DNA from: Rubripirellula sp.
Lineage (GTDB): Bacteria > Planctomycetota > Planctomycetia > Pirellulales > Pirellulaceae
Assembly (NCBI GenBank): GCA_965216875.1
Contig: OZ244207.1
Location: 160,001 to 224,000 of the forward strand
DNA: 64,000 bases
Direction of reading: 5' to 3'
The position numbers and the translations under genes are program-made. Each line of letters begins with the position of its first letter. The first letter of the stretch is position 1. The notes beneath the pieces were generated by a model. It made no database searches. It was not told the origin of the DNA and was given only the letters and a program-made list of their open reading frames with translations. Shown piece after piece: positions 30,949-40,883 of the stretch.

Positions 30949-33900
30949 TTAGCGCGCACTACGTGGCGCTCGCCAGATTCGGACGGATCCATCCACGCTC
31001 GCACTTGCAATGAGCTGGCCGTCATCGGAGAAGGCGACGTCGGTTACTGGGGCAGTGTGTCCCACGAACGCCGCCCGCTGATAGTTTTGCTTGGCGTCCC
31101 ACAAGCGAAGAACCGATTCTTCGCCTGACGAGGCGATCAAGGAACCGCTGCGGTTGTAAACGACCGCCGTGGCTGGGCTGGAATGTCCGCGCAAACGATT
31201 CAACAACCGCAGGGGTTGTTCCGAGTTTTGTAGCTCAATCTGCCAGATCTTGACGGTTCGGTCATAGCCGACCGAAACGAGTTGGCGTTGGTCTGGAGAA
31301 ACACGCAGCCCTGTGATCCGGCGTGTGTCCCCCCTGGTTGTAAACAGCTCTTCCGTTGTGTTGATGTCAAACAATCGAATCAGTTTAGACGAGCTGACTA
31401 CGATTCGATCGTCATCCACAAAGCAAATTGCGTCGACCTTGCCGACGTTGAAAACGTTTTGCACTTGCTGCGTTTGCAAGTCAAGGATCGCGATTCTCAA
31501 ACGTTCCACAGGGTAAGCGATTTTTGCCCCGCTCGGATGCACTGCGATTCGCGGTGCATCGTCCATGGTCTCGTAACAAGGAAGGCTCTTGATGAGCGTT
31601 AAGTGATTCTCTTCGTTCGGTTTCCAGATTTTGAGCTCGCCGTCACCTCCGGTCGAAACGATGTGGTCGACACCTTCAAGCTGAAACCATTCGAGCTCCC
31701 AGCCTCCGATCGAGTGGGCGTCGTGAGCTCGAATCAGCGATCCCTGGTCGACATCCCAGATGCGGATCTTTCCATCTAAGGCAATCGACGCGAGTTGCTT
31801 TCCTGAGGGTGACACGTCGACCGCGTTCACGATCGTCGGGTGGTCCAAGACATCGTTGGCCGAATCACGATTCAAGTCCCAGCGTTTCAGATCGCCATCA
31901 AAGCTCGCCGAATACAGCGCATCTGATTGATCGGCAAAGACGACGGACACGACATCATCGAAGTGACCTTGGTAGCTCTTGAGCAGTCGCCCGGCAGGTA
32001 ACGACCACAGCTTGATGGTGTTGTCCGTGCTGGCGGTGAGCAGGCGTTTGGAATCGCGAGAGAACTGAATCTGGTTGACTTGATCGCGATGTTGTTCGAG
32101 CGAAACGAGACGTTTTCCCTCGTTGGCATTCCAGATCACAACTTTTCCATCTGTATCGCCGCTCGCGAGATACATTCCATCGGGTGACCAGGCCATCGCC
32201 CAAACCGCAGCCTGTGCGTGTTCCCATCGTTCATGTTGAAGCGTTCCAGATTTGACCGACCAAATGCGGACCGATGAATCCCAACTGCCCGATGCGAGTC
32301 GCGAGCCATCCGGCGAAAAAACAAGGTCGCCGATAAAACTCGAGTGGGCATTCGAAAGGATGCGAGGTTCGGCGTCGAGACGGTCGAGGATTGCAATCGA
32401 GGTGTCGGCCGTGCGATGGGCGACGCTCTTGCCATCGGCTGAAAAGGCGATCACGCGTGCGCCCTTTAGCTTCCGTATGAGTTTGCCAGTGGAGGAATCC
32501 CACAGCGCCGACTCGTTGTCGATGCTTGCACTGGCGAGTGTGGATCCATCGGGCGAGAAGACAAGTTTGAACGTCCGATACGGGTGTGCCTGCCATTTGC
32601 GTATAGCTTTGCCGCTGCTGGCTTCGACCAACGTGATGCCGCCATCAAAATCGCCGACGGCAAGGGTTTGTTGGTCGGGAGAGAGTGCAATCGATTCGAG
32701 AAGGTCGTTGTGCAAGATTGGTTCGATCGTGCCCTGTTTCCAAAGCCGCCATAGATAGAACCATTCAAAGCCTCGCAGGTCTTCGCCGTCGGCGTTTGGC
32801 AAATGACGCTTGAGCAATTCGCCGCACCGTTCAATGTTCGCGTCCTCCCAATCTTGCATCGCGAGATTCATGTCCGAGGTGTAGAGCACACGTCGGCTTT
32901 CGGCGCGCGCCTGTTCCGCTTCGCGAACAAGTGTCGTTTGACGCATGGCCACGAGCGGGCCGGCGATCGCGAGGCTCAATAACAACAGCGCAAACGCGGC
33001 CGCGATGGGCCGTCGACGTCCCCATCGCAATAGACGAATCGCACGCGATGGCATCCGCGCGTGAACAGGCTGGTCATCAAGGAACCGGCCCAAGTCATCC
33101 GCCAGTTCGGCCGCGGTTTCGTAACGCGCACCTGCACTCTTTTGCAGACACTTCAAGCAGATGGTTGAAAGGTCGATGGGTACAGCAGGGTTCAACTCTC
33201 GCGGCGCGATCGGATCCAGGTCCATGACCATTCGCAAGGTTTCAATCGGACTGGATGCTTGAAATGGCGGTCGACCCGTGAGCATTGCATACAGCGTTGC
33301 ACCGATCGAATAGACGTCGCTCGCAGCGTCGACGTGCGCGATGTCACCGACCGCCTGCTCGGGAGACATGTAGCTTGGCGTGCCGAGTGTTTGGCCCGAG
33401 CGAGTCAGGTCGCTGTCACTATCAACACGACGGGCGAGGCCAAAGTCGGTCACGCGCGCTTGGTCGTTCGAATCCAACAAGACGTTGCTGGGTTTGAGAT
33501 CGCGGTGCACGACGCCGTTTGTATGAGCGTATTGGATTGCATCAGCGATCTGCCTTGCTAACCTCGCCGCTTCACGTGGTCGCAATGGGTTGGACGCGAT
33601 GCGCGTTGCAAGACTTTCGCCTTCGACGTAACCCATCGTAAAGAAAGGTTGCCCGTGATACTGACCCACCTCAAAGACTGGCACGATGCCCGGGTGATCG
33701 AGTCGCGCGGCCGCTTCGGCTTCACCGCGAAACCGTTCTCGCGTGTCATGATCGGCCAACGGACCGTCAATCAACATCTTCAATGCCACGACACGATTGA
33801 GCTCGAGGTCGCCAGCGCGAAACACGACTCCCATGCCTCCACTGGCGATCGTTTCATCGATTCGGTAGTGCCCAATCTGTTTTGGCAACAGTCCAGCTTG

Positions 33901-34158
33901 CTGGAGCGTATTGAGGTCAGCAATGGGTTCATCGTCCACGGCATCGCTGGACGCACCTCGTTGACGCTGCCCCGTTTGGTGCAACAGCTCAAGCAAGTCG
34001 CGCGTCGCGCCCGAAAGTTCTCCATCGATCGAGGCGTCCTTTCGCAGTTGAAGACGTAATTCCTCGAGATCGGCTTCGATCGCAGAATCGACCGCGGGAC
34101 GCTCTTCGGAGCCCGGCGTTTGAGAGGTGGATTCGGAAAGCGGTTCGTTGTCAGACAT
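30949..34158 (-). CDS. Ser/Thr protein kinase with WD40 repeats
   Basis: GGMGVV, VALK, HRDLKPSN, DFG, YMSPE; hydrophobic segment; RGFEW motif; many GH...WD repeats. Confidence 0.95.
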   Translation of the reverse strand: MSDNEPLSESTSQTPGSEERPAVDSAIEADLEELRLQLRKDASIDGELSGATRDLLELLHQTGQRQRGASSDAVDDEPIADLNTLQQAGLLPKQIGHYRIDETIASGGMGVVFRAGDLELNRVVALKMLIDGPLADHDTRERFRGEAEAAARLDHPGIVPVFEVGQYHGQPFFTMGYVEGESLATRIASNPLRPREAARLARQIADAIQYAHTNGVVHRDLKPSNVLLDSNDQARVTDFGLARRVDSDSDLTRSGQTLGTPSYMSPEQAVGDIAHVDAASDVYSIGATLYAMLTGRPPFQASSPIETLRMVMDLDPIAPRELNPAVPIDLSTICLKCLQKSAGARYETAAELADDLGRFLDDQPVHARMPSRAIRLLRWGRRRPIAAAFALLLLSLAIAGPLVAMRQTTLVREAEQARAESRRVLYTSDMNLAMQDWEDANIERCGELLKRHLPNADGEDLRGFEWFYLWRLWKQGTIEPILHNDLLESIALSPDQQTLAVGDFDGGITLVEASSGKAIRKWQAHPYRTFKLVFSPDGSTLASASIDNESALWDSSTGKLIRKLKGARVIAFSADGKSVAHRTADTSIAILDRLDAEPRILSNAHSSFIGDLVFSPDGSRLASGSWDSSVRIWSVKSGTLQHERWEHAQAAVWAMAWSPDGMYLASGDTDGKVVIWNANEGKRLVSLEQHRDQVNQIQFSRDSKRLLTASTDNTIKLWSLPAGRLLKSYQGHFDDVVSVVFADQSDALYSASFDGDLKRWDLNRDSANDVLDHPTIVNAVDVSPSGKQLASIALDGKIRIWDVDQGSLIRAHDAHSIGGWELEWFQLEGVDHIVSTGGDGELKIWKPNEENHLTLIKSLPCYETMDDAPRIAVHPSGAKIAYPVERLRIAILDLQTQQVQNVFNVGKVDAICFVDDDRIVVSSSKLIRLFDINTTEELFTTRGDTRRITGLRVSPDQRQLVSVGYDRTVKIWQIELQNSEQPLRLLNRLRGHSSPATAVVYNRSGSLIASSGEESVLRLWDAKQNYQRAAFVGHTAPVTDVAFSDDGQLIASASVDGSVRIWRAPRSAR

Positions 34159-34347
34159 TTCTGCGATCAGACTGATATGAAATTGTGTGCCAATTCCCTA
34201 GGTGCAGCTCGCACCGAATCCGGACATTCAATCCGCAAATCGTCGTGCCATCTCCGGTCGAACGTAGTGCTTTCGATGGATGACCGGGAAATCCCTGGAT
34301 GAGTAATCTTCCTAGGAAAGATGGTCGCGACGAGGTCTTAAGGCATA

Positions 34348-35148
34348 ATGATAATGTGCGGTCCAACGTCCGCAGCGAAAGAATGTGGCAAGAAAACGAT
34401 GCCGACGCCTGAACCGTCACGACCGTCCCCTTCCTCTCCAGAGGCTCTTAAGCCTTCGGATGATGCGCGGTGCGCGCCCGATCGAGCTAGCCCAACGTTG
34501 GACCCGGCCGGTCAAGCGTTGGACCCGGCCAGTCAAGCGTCGGACCCGGCCGGTCAAACGACCGACTTTGAACAGTTGATCCGCGATGCAAAGGGCGGGT
34601 GCCGTGTGTCGATGGAACGGCTCATCCGCGACTGCCAACCCTATCTACTGGCAATCGCCAACGGTGAATTGGACAGGCAGGTTGCCCAGAAGATCGGCGC
34701 ATCCGATATCGTCCAAAACTCGATGTTGTCGGCACAGCGATGCATCGCCGATTTTAAAGGTGATAACCGAACGGAGTTGCTCGCTTGGTTACGCGGCATC
34801 CTGATCAAGGACCTGCAACAGACTCATCGCCACTATCATGCAGAAAAACGCCGCGTCGATCGTGAGCGTCCACTCAAAGATGACAACAGTGCGCCGGGAG
34901 GTCCAATGTTGGTCGACCAAGTGGAGTCCCCTTCCACTGCAGCAGTCCATCGCGAACAAGAGGAACAGTTGATTCGTGCGATGGCGGATCTAAGCGAGGA
35001 TGAGCGTCAAGTGATCGAGCTTCGAAACTGGCAACGCCTCTCGTTTCCGGAAATTGGCGAACACATCGGGCGTTCTTCAGAAGCGACTCGAAAACTATGG
35101 TCGCGTGCGATCGTGCGTTTGCAAAAAAAGATGAAGCAGCCCGAGTAA
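34348..35148 (+). CDS. ECF sigma-70 factor (planctomycete type)
   Basis: Sigma2 (YLLAIA, ASDIVQ, AWLRGIL) and sigma4 (LSEDERQVIELR...SFPEIGEHIGRS..ATRKLWSRA). Start may be 34399. Confidence 0.9.
   Translation: MIMCGPTSAAKECGKKTMPTPEPSRPSPSSPEALKPSDDARCAPDRASPTLDPAGQALDPASQASDPAGQTTDFEQLIRDAKGGCRVSMERLIRDCQPYLLAIANGELDRQVAQKIGASDIVQNSMLSAQRCIADFKGDNRTELLAWLRGILIKDLQQTHRHYHAEKRRVDRERPLKDDNSAPGGPMLVDQVESPSTAAVHREQEEQLIRAMADLSEDERQVIELRNWQRLSFPEIGEHIGRSSEATRKLWSRAIVRLQKKMKQPE
34501..34563 (+). repeat. In-frame 21-bp tandem repeat (3 copies)
   Basis: GACCCGGCCRGTCAA(G/A)CG units encoding DPAGQAL/DPASQAS/DPAGQTT. Confidence 0.85.
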
Positions 35149-35221
35149 GTCGAAGCGACCGAACGGGTCATCTAAAAACCGCGAACCGATTCTTCTGTTT
35201 CAGGGTCTCTATAAAAGACAA

Positions 35222-35292
35222 AACGCTGGAGCCAGATGGCCAGGCAACCGGTTGCAACCCGGTCGAAATGGGTTCGATTCCCATCGGCGTTT
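35222..35292 (+). tRNA. tRNA-Cys(GCA), non-canonical
   Basis: Acceptor AACGCTG/CGGCGTT, D-stem GCC/GGC, anticodon stem ACCGG/CCGGT with loop TTGCAAC, T-arm ATGGG-TTCGATT-CCCAT, discriminator U; no encoded CCA; G at position 8. Confidence 0.8.
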
Positions 35293-35307
35293 CTTGGCTG
35301 GTAATCG

Positions 35308-36678
35308 CTACGGGGTGGCCGTTTGCTCGAGTTCTGCAGCGACGGACAGGTAATAGTTCCTCGCGGTCGCCGTCACCATGTCCGCGGCGAGCTTCTTGAG
35401 TGCCCGCGCTTTGAGCGTCTTGGGTGTCGGCGAATCGGGCATCAGAGCAATCAAGTGATCGCAAAGCTGTGCACACCATTGCGCATCACCCGCTTCGAGA
35501 GCCTTCTCTGCTGCGGCAACGAGTTCTTTTTGACCGCCCGCCAGTGATGCCATTCGCTCGGCTTCTTCCCGACGCGGTAGGCGGAACAGGTTCGATGGAT
35601 TCCCGTCGAACCAGCCCATGTAAAAGTTAAAGACGCTGCGCACGCCCCACTGCGGGTTTCCATAGAACGGTTGTAGGTACTCTTCCGAAGCCAGATGCTC
35701 GGGGAGTTGGACGTATTCGACCAACTGGTCGGGCGTCATTCCTTGATTCATTCCCTCGACGGTTTTGTCGTGAATGAATTTCACGGCGTCACGGTAGTTG
35801 GTCAGGACATCGCGAACTTGTTGCTCGCCAATCACCGGCAACGTGTGGCCACCGATCAACGCAACGGGCTCGCGCGCTAGCATCGTATCAAGACTCTCTG
35901 CCCAAAGTTTGACACTTCGATTGGGAGTCCCACGAATGGCATAAAGGTTGGGGAACGAGCGATAAAAGTTGTCTCCCGCCATCAACACCCGTTGCTTTGG
36001 CAGCCAGACGGAAAGCTGGTCATTGGTTTCGCCCAGCGAGGTGGTTAGTTCAATCGTGATACCGGCAATGGTCACCTGCTCGGATTCGGAAACATGGTGA
36101 GTGGGACGCGTGTCTTGTTTTGACGCAAAGATGCTACCACCTCGTTGAGGGTAGCGGGCCGGCGCGATTCCATTGTTGATCCGCTGTTCGGGCGGGAGTC
36201 GGAAACCGGCTTGCCGTGCGCCACGAAGACGCTGAATAGTGATGCCGGCGTCGGTAAGGGGACGGTCTTCGGATCCAAAATTGGCGTGCGCCCAGATTTG
36301 GGGGCGTTCCTTGCCAAAGAATGCTGCGGCACCACGCGTGTGGTCGCCATGGCTGTGAGTGAAGATGATTGCCTTGACGGGAAGGTCTGTGATTTCTCGG
36401 AATCGCTTGACGATCTTCTCTGCCGATGAAAGCTGCATGCCCGTGTCGACGACGACAACTCCGTCATTGCCAACAATCATCGTTACATTCGAAACACTCG
36501 TTCCCACCGAGGTGTAAACGCCCTCGGCAACCTTCACGACCTGTTCGTCAAATTGTGAAGATTGCCTGGCAAGCCGCTCGGCCGAGTCGTTCGTCTGGCC
36601 AAACACGGAAGCCGAAAAGGATGCCAGCAAGAGTACGGAAAGTGTTAGCCTTGATCGGTAGAATCGTTGGTGGAACAT
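35308..36678 (-). CDS. Alkyl/aryl sulfatase (metallo-beta-lactamase fold, SdsA1/BDS1-like)
   Basis: THSHGDH, GETNDQ, GDNFY..FPNLYAIRGT, GHT, YMGWFDGNP; appears to lack the C-terminal SCP-2 domain. Confidence 0.9.
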   Translation of the reverse strand: MFHQRFYRSRLTLSVLLLASFSASVFGQTNDSAERLARQSSQFDEQVVKVAEGVYTSVGTSVSNVTMIVGNDGVVVVDTGMQLSSAEKIVKRFREITDLPVKAIIFTHSHGDHTRGAAAFFGKERPQIWAHANFGSEDRPLTDAGITIQRLRGARQAGFRLPPEQRINNGIAPARYPQRGGSIFASKQDTRPTHHVSESEQVTIAGITIELTTSLGETNDQLSVWLPKQRVLMAGDNFYRSFPNLYAIRGTPNRSVKLWAESLDTMLAREPVALIGGHTLPVIGEQQVRDVLTNYRDAVKFIHDKTVEGMNQGMTPDQLVEYVQLPEHLASEEYLQPFYGNPQWGVRSVFNFYMGWFDGNPSNLFRLPRREEAERMASLAGGQKELVAAAEKALEAGDAQWCAQLCDHLIALMPDSPTPKTLKARALKKLAADMVTATARNYYLSVAAELEQTATP

Positions 36679-36784
36679 TCTTGCGCTCAACTGTTGGCGA
36701 GTGATCATGCCGCGCCGAAAACAGCGGCGGATACCATCAGGATACAGCGTTGGGCAAGCAACCAAAGACGCTTATGGCAGAGGC

Positions 36785-37774
36785 TTAATTGTTCTCAACG
36801 ACGACTTTGCCCATCGCTTTGCGGCTTTCCAGCCGCGCATAGGCCTGACCGACCTCATCAAGTGAATACTGGTTCTCGTCCAGAACGGGTTTTAGACCTC
36901 CCGCGTCCACGATCTTGGCGAGTTCCTCAAGAATCTTCGCGTGGTCTTCGCGGCGGAAGTTGTGCAGCATGGGGATCAGCATGAAGACGACATGCAGCGA
37001 TAGCCCCTTAAAGTGAGCGAGCGTTAAATCGAGCTCGACCATTGCGACGGTCGAGGCGATCTGGCCATTAAGCGCAGCAGCTTCAAACGAGTTGGCCATG
37101 TTGGCGCCACCAACGGAGTCAAAAACCAAATCGAATCCAGCGCCACCTGTGTGTTTTTCGACGTAGTCTTGGACTGATTCCGTCTTGTAGTTGATGGGTG
37201 TGGCGCCGAGTTGCTCGATCAAGGCAAGTTGCTTGTCCCCGCCACCGGTGGCATAGACGTCAGCACCAAAGTGCTTGGCCAATTGCAAGGCGACGTGCCC
37301 GACGCCACCGGAACCACCATGGACGAGGACTTTCTGCCCCGCCTCGATGCCGGCGCGAACCAAGCCCTCGTAAGCTGTGATGGCAACCAAGGGCAGCGCC
37401 GCCGCTTCACGCATCGAAAGTGTTTTCGGTTTGGCGGCGACAAGATTCGCGTCGGCAACGATGAACTCTGCCAAGGTGCCGGGAAGATCAGCCAACCCTC
37501 CGGCGCAACCATAAACCTCATCACCGACCGCAAAAGCATCGACGCCATCACCAACGGCTTCGACCGTTCCTGCGAAGTCCATCCCCAATATCGCAGGCGT
37601 GTCAGGAGAGAGTTCAAGATCCTTTCCCATGCTGCGAATCATCGTGTCGACGGTGTTGACGCTTGAGGCTGCGATTCTCACCGAGACATGTCCGTCCTTC
37701 AGTGGCGGCTGCTGGACATCCGCACTCTCAAACGGTGCGTTTTCGCCGTAGCTGTTGATCACCATCGCCTTCAT
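36785..37774 (-). CDS. Zinc-type alcohol dehydrogenase/quinone oxidoreductase (MDR)
   Basis: LGMDFAG, VLVHGGSGGVG, GKVVV. Confidence 0.92.
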   Translation of the reverse strand: MKAMVINSYGENAPFESADVQQPPLKDGHVSVRIAASSVNTVDTMIRSMGKDLELSPDTPAILGMDFAGTVEAVGDGVDAFAVGDEVYGCAGGLADLPGTLAEFIVADANLVAAKPKTLSMREAAALPLVAITAYEGLVRAGIEAGQKVLVHGGSGGVGHVALQLAKHFGADVYATGGGDKQLALIEQLGATPINYKTESVQDYVEKHTGGAGFDLVFDSVGGANMANSFEAAALNGQIASTVAMVELDLTLAHFKGLSLHVVFMLIPMLHNFRREDHAKILEELAKIVDAGGLKPVLDENQYSLDEVGQAYARLESRKAMGKVVVENN

Positions 37775-37876
37775 CTTGATTCTCCAATCGTTGTTGTTCT
37801 GTAGCAACCTTCGCCAGAAGGTGGTCTGTGTTGTGGCAGTCCCGCTACCAATCGACGCTCTGACGAGCGCACTTGG

Positions 37877-38725
37877 TTATTCGATATCCTGGACACCCAT
37901 CACCAAATCGTTCCAGTTGCGTTGATTCTCCATGTCGCGTTGCATGCCTTTCTCGTCGGCGATCGTAAACCGCTTGATCGCTGGCGTGTGACTTGTCGCT
38001 TGATAGAGCCAGTAGGCTTCGGCTTTCAAGGCATCGTTGATCGGTTTGTCGATCGATTCGTAGACCGTTTGTTTGCAAGCCTGGATCGAACCGGCAGGGA
38101 ATTTGGCGATGCGATTGGCAAGTTCGTCAACATACGGACCAATTTCGTCGGGGTCGAGCGCCTTGTTGATGGTGCCGTACGCTTCAGCTTCGTCGGCATC
38201 AAAATCACGTGCACTCAAGATGATCTCCAATGCTCGCCCCAATCCAACTTGGCGAGCCATCCGCGATGCGCCGCCGCCACACGGCAGGATCCCCATGGCA
38301 ACTTCCATTTGCATGAATTTGTATTTGCCGCGTGCTGCAAATCGCATGTCGCAAGCAAGCGCGAATTCGTGACCACCGCCGCGTGCAAACCCTTCCAGCT
38401 TAGCGATCGTCGCTTGAGGCAACTTGCTCACTCGCTCAAGAACGGTCTGCAAATCGAGAAGTGTCGCTTCCTCGCGCGTGACAGCTTCGGTCGACATTTC
38501 TTTCAGCAGTTCGGTGTCGTAGTGGCAAACCCAAATCTCTGGATGAGCCGATTGAAACACGACCACCTTCACACTTCGATCACGTTCGAGCCTGAGGCAG
38601 AGCGTGTTCAGATCTGCGAGCATCTCCTGGCCTTGAAGGTTCACGGGCGGGTAATCGATCGTGACGGTCAAAACCCCGTCGATTTGTACCGCTCGAAACG
38701 TTGTGTATCCATCGTGCTTACCCAT
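37877..38725 (-). CDS. Enoyl-CoA hydratase/isomerase family protein
   Basis: PPVNL, IAKLEGFARGGGHEFALACDMRFA, EVAMGILPCGGG. Confidence 0.9.
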   Translation of the reverse strand: MGKHDGYTTFRAVQIDGVLTVTIDYPPVNLQGQEMLADLNTLCLRLERDRSVKVVVFQSAHPEIWVCHYDTELLKEMSTEAVTREEATLLDLQTVLERVSKLPQATIAKLEGFARGGGHEFALACDMRFAARGKYKFMQMEVAMGILPCGGGASRMARQVGLGRALEIILSARDFDADEAEAYGTINKALDPDEIGPYVDELANRIAKFPAGSIQACKQTVYESIDKPINDALKAEAYWLYQATSHTPAIKRFTIADEKGMQRDMENQRNWNDLVMGVQDIE

Positions 38726-38835
38726 TTTCGCCCTCGCGTGCGGGTCTCGTTTGTTGTTCAACTGCAAGCTCGTGGGCATACTAGGCGTAGTCCCCCAAAA
38801 GACAAGAACGCACATTTCGGGCAGTTAGGCACAGA

Positions 38836-39204
38836 ATGGATACCAAGAACGAAACACGGCATTCCAGTTACGCATTGCCTGCGTGTCCGGTGGAAGCGAC
38901 GCTGGAATTGATCGGCGGGAAATGGAAGGGCATTGTCCTCTTCTATCTCCTTGATGGACGGCTGCGGTTCGGCCAGCTCAAGAATAAGATCGGCTGTGTG
39001 ACGCAGCGGATGCTCACCAAACAGCTTCGCGAACTGGAAGAATCGGGACTCATCAACCGCATCGTCTATGCCGAAGTGCCGCCGCGGGTGGAGTATGAAC
39101 TGACCGAAAAGGGTCAGTCCCTGAGGCCAATCCTGTTCGCTCTCAAAGAGTGGGGCGAAACACACGCTTTGGAATTGCTTGAAAACAGAGAGGCGGACAA
39201 GTGA
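38836..39204 (+). CDS. HxlR family transcriptional regulator
   Basis: [35 protein letters not shown]; divergent from the hydratase-oxidoreductase pair. Confidence 0.95.
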   Translation: MDTKNETRHSSYALPACPVEATLELIGGKWKGIVLFYLLDGRLRFGQLKNKIGCVTQRMLTKQLRELEESGLINRIVYAEVPPRVEYELTEKGQSLRPILFALKEWGETHALELLENREADK

Positions 39205-39254
39205 ACGACATCATCGCTCGGTTTTTCGGAAATGCATTGCAACCATTCGTTTTG

Positions 39255-40841
39255 ATGAGGTTTGTAACGACTCTGCTTGTGATCTGCTTCTGCACCTCTG
39301 TGACTTGGGCTGCTGAGAGAGCCGGCGCCGCTTGGTGGCAATTCCGCGGTCCGACCGGGGATGGTTGGTCGAACGTCTCGGAATTGCCCACGCAGTGGGA
39401 CGAAGAAAAGAACATCGCATGGAAAACGAAGGTTCATGATCGTGGTTGGTCATCGCCGGTCGTTTGGGATGACCAAATCTGGGTGACGACGGCGACCGAA
39501 GCGGGACACAAACTCTTTGCCGTTTGCATCGACAAGAACTCGGGAAAGATCGTCCACGACTTGCATCTGTTCGATGTCGAAGATCCGATGCGCATCACCA
39601 ACGAAAACACGTACGCGACACCGACGCCGGTAATCGAGAAGGGGCGGGTTTTTGTCCATTTTGGGACCTACGGGACGGCTTGCATCGACACCAACACGGG
39701 CGAAAAACTCTGGACGCGTCGAGACCTGAATTGCGATCATGAAGCCAACGCGGGGCCAGCGAGTTCACCAACAATCATCGATGGCAATCTCGTTGTGCAT
39801 GTCGATGGGCGCGACGTGCAGTACATCGTCGCGCTCGATCGCAAGACGGGCGACACCGTTTGGAAGACTCTCCGCTCCATCGACTTTGCCGATATTCCCG
39901 TACATCATCGCAAGGCGTTTTGCATGCCAACGGCGATTGGTCAAGGTGACGCGATGCAGATCGTCAGTCCGGGCGGGCGAGCGATCTATTCCTACGACCG
40001 TCGTGGCAACGAGATTTGGCGAGTGCAACATCGAGGATTCTCGGTTGCTCCGCGTCCCGTTTTTGGACATGGGCTCGTCTTCGCGACAATCGATCGTGAC
40101 GATCCGGAACTGTGGGCAATTCGAGTCGACGGGAAAGGGGACGTGACCGATTCGCATGTCGCATGGAAAGAGACACGAGGCATGCCGCAGCGATGTTCGC
40201 CGTTGTTGATTGACGACTTACTTTACCTGGTGAGCCGAGACGGGATTGCGACTTGCCTGGAAGCCAAGACGGGCGAGCTTGTGTGGAAAAAGCGACTTGA
40301 GGGACGGTATTCTGCTTCACCCCTCTATGCCCAGGGACTGATCTATCTGTTCAACGAAGAGGCAAAAGCGACGCTGATTCGGCCCGGTCGCAAGTTCGAA
40401 GTCGTGCATCAAAATGCGTTGGCGCCCAATCAATTGCGCGCGACGCCCGCGATTGTCGACAACGCCTTGATCGTCCGAACCGAGAACTTTCTGTACCGAA
40501 TCGAAGCGGGTGCAAAACGAATCGCTCCCGAACCAATGGTGGACGTCGAGGTTGCAACCAACCCCTTTGTGGGACGCTGGGACATTGGAAGATCTTCTCC
40601 CGAGGCAAAGCCTGCCTTCGTCATGACGTTGAACGCCGACTTCACCGCTCGAAAGAGTCACGTCCCTTCGGCAACGGGGACGTGGAAGCTCGTCGACGGC
40701 GAAGCGCGGGTGGTTTGGAGCGATGGTTGGCGAGACGTCATTCGAGAGCAAGGCGACGGTTACAGAAAAATCGCGTTTGGGCCTGGCCGAGACTTTGACG
40801 ATTCACCGAGCAATCAGGATAACGCTCAACGAGCGAAGTAA
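39255..40841 (+). CDS. PQQ/BamB-like beta-propeller protein with C-terminal extension
   Basis: WWQFRGPTGDG, SSPV, ATPTP, ASSP blade motifs. Confidence 0.85.
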   Translation: MRFVTTLLVICFCTSVTWAAERAGAAWWQFRGPTGDGWSNVSELPTQWDEEKNIAWKTKVHDRGWSSPVVWDDQIWVTTATEAGHKLFAVCIDKNSGKIVHDLHLFDVEDPMRITNENTYATPTPVIEKGRVFVHFGTYGTACIDTNTGEKLWTRRDLNCDHEANAGPASSPTIIDGNLVVHVDGRDVQYIVALDRKTGDTVWKTLRSIDFADIPVHHRKAFCMPTAIGQGDAMQIVSPGGRAIYSYDRRGNEIWRVQHRGFSVAPRPVFGHGLVFATIDRDDPELWAIRVDGKGDVTDSHVAWKETRGMPQRCSPLLIDDLLYLVSRDGIATCLEAKTGELVWKKRLEGRYSASPLYAQGLIYLFNEEAKATLIRPGRKFEVVHQNALAPNQLRATPAIVDNALIVRTENFLYRIEAGAKRIAPEPMVDVEVATNPFVGRWDIGRSSPEAKPAFVMTLNADFTARKSHVPSATGTWKLVDGEARVVWSDGWRDVIREQGDGYRKIAFGPGRDFDDSPSNQDNAQRAK

Positions 40842-40883
40842 TCAGACTTGCGATGTAGGTCGAATCGGTGATGCGGCGTCTGT

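Noticed and set aside
35222..35292. tRNA as prophage/island attachment site, or tRNA-Sec
   Set aside because: No integrase or duplicated tRNA 3' end was noticed in the window; the anticodon is GCA and there is no long variable arm.
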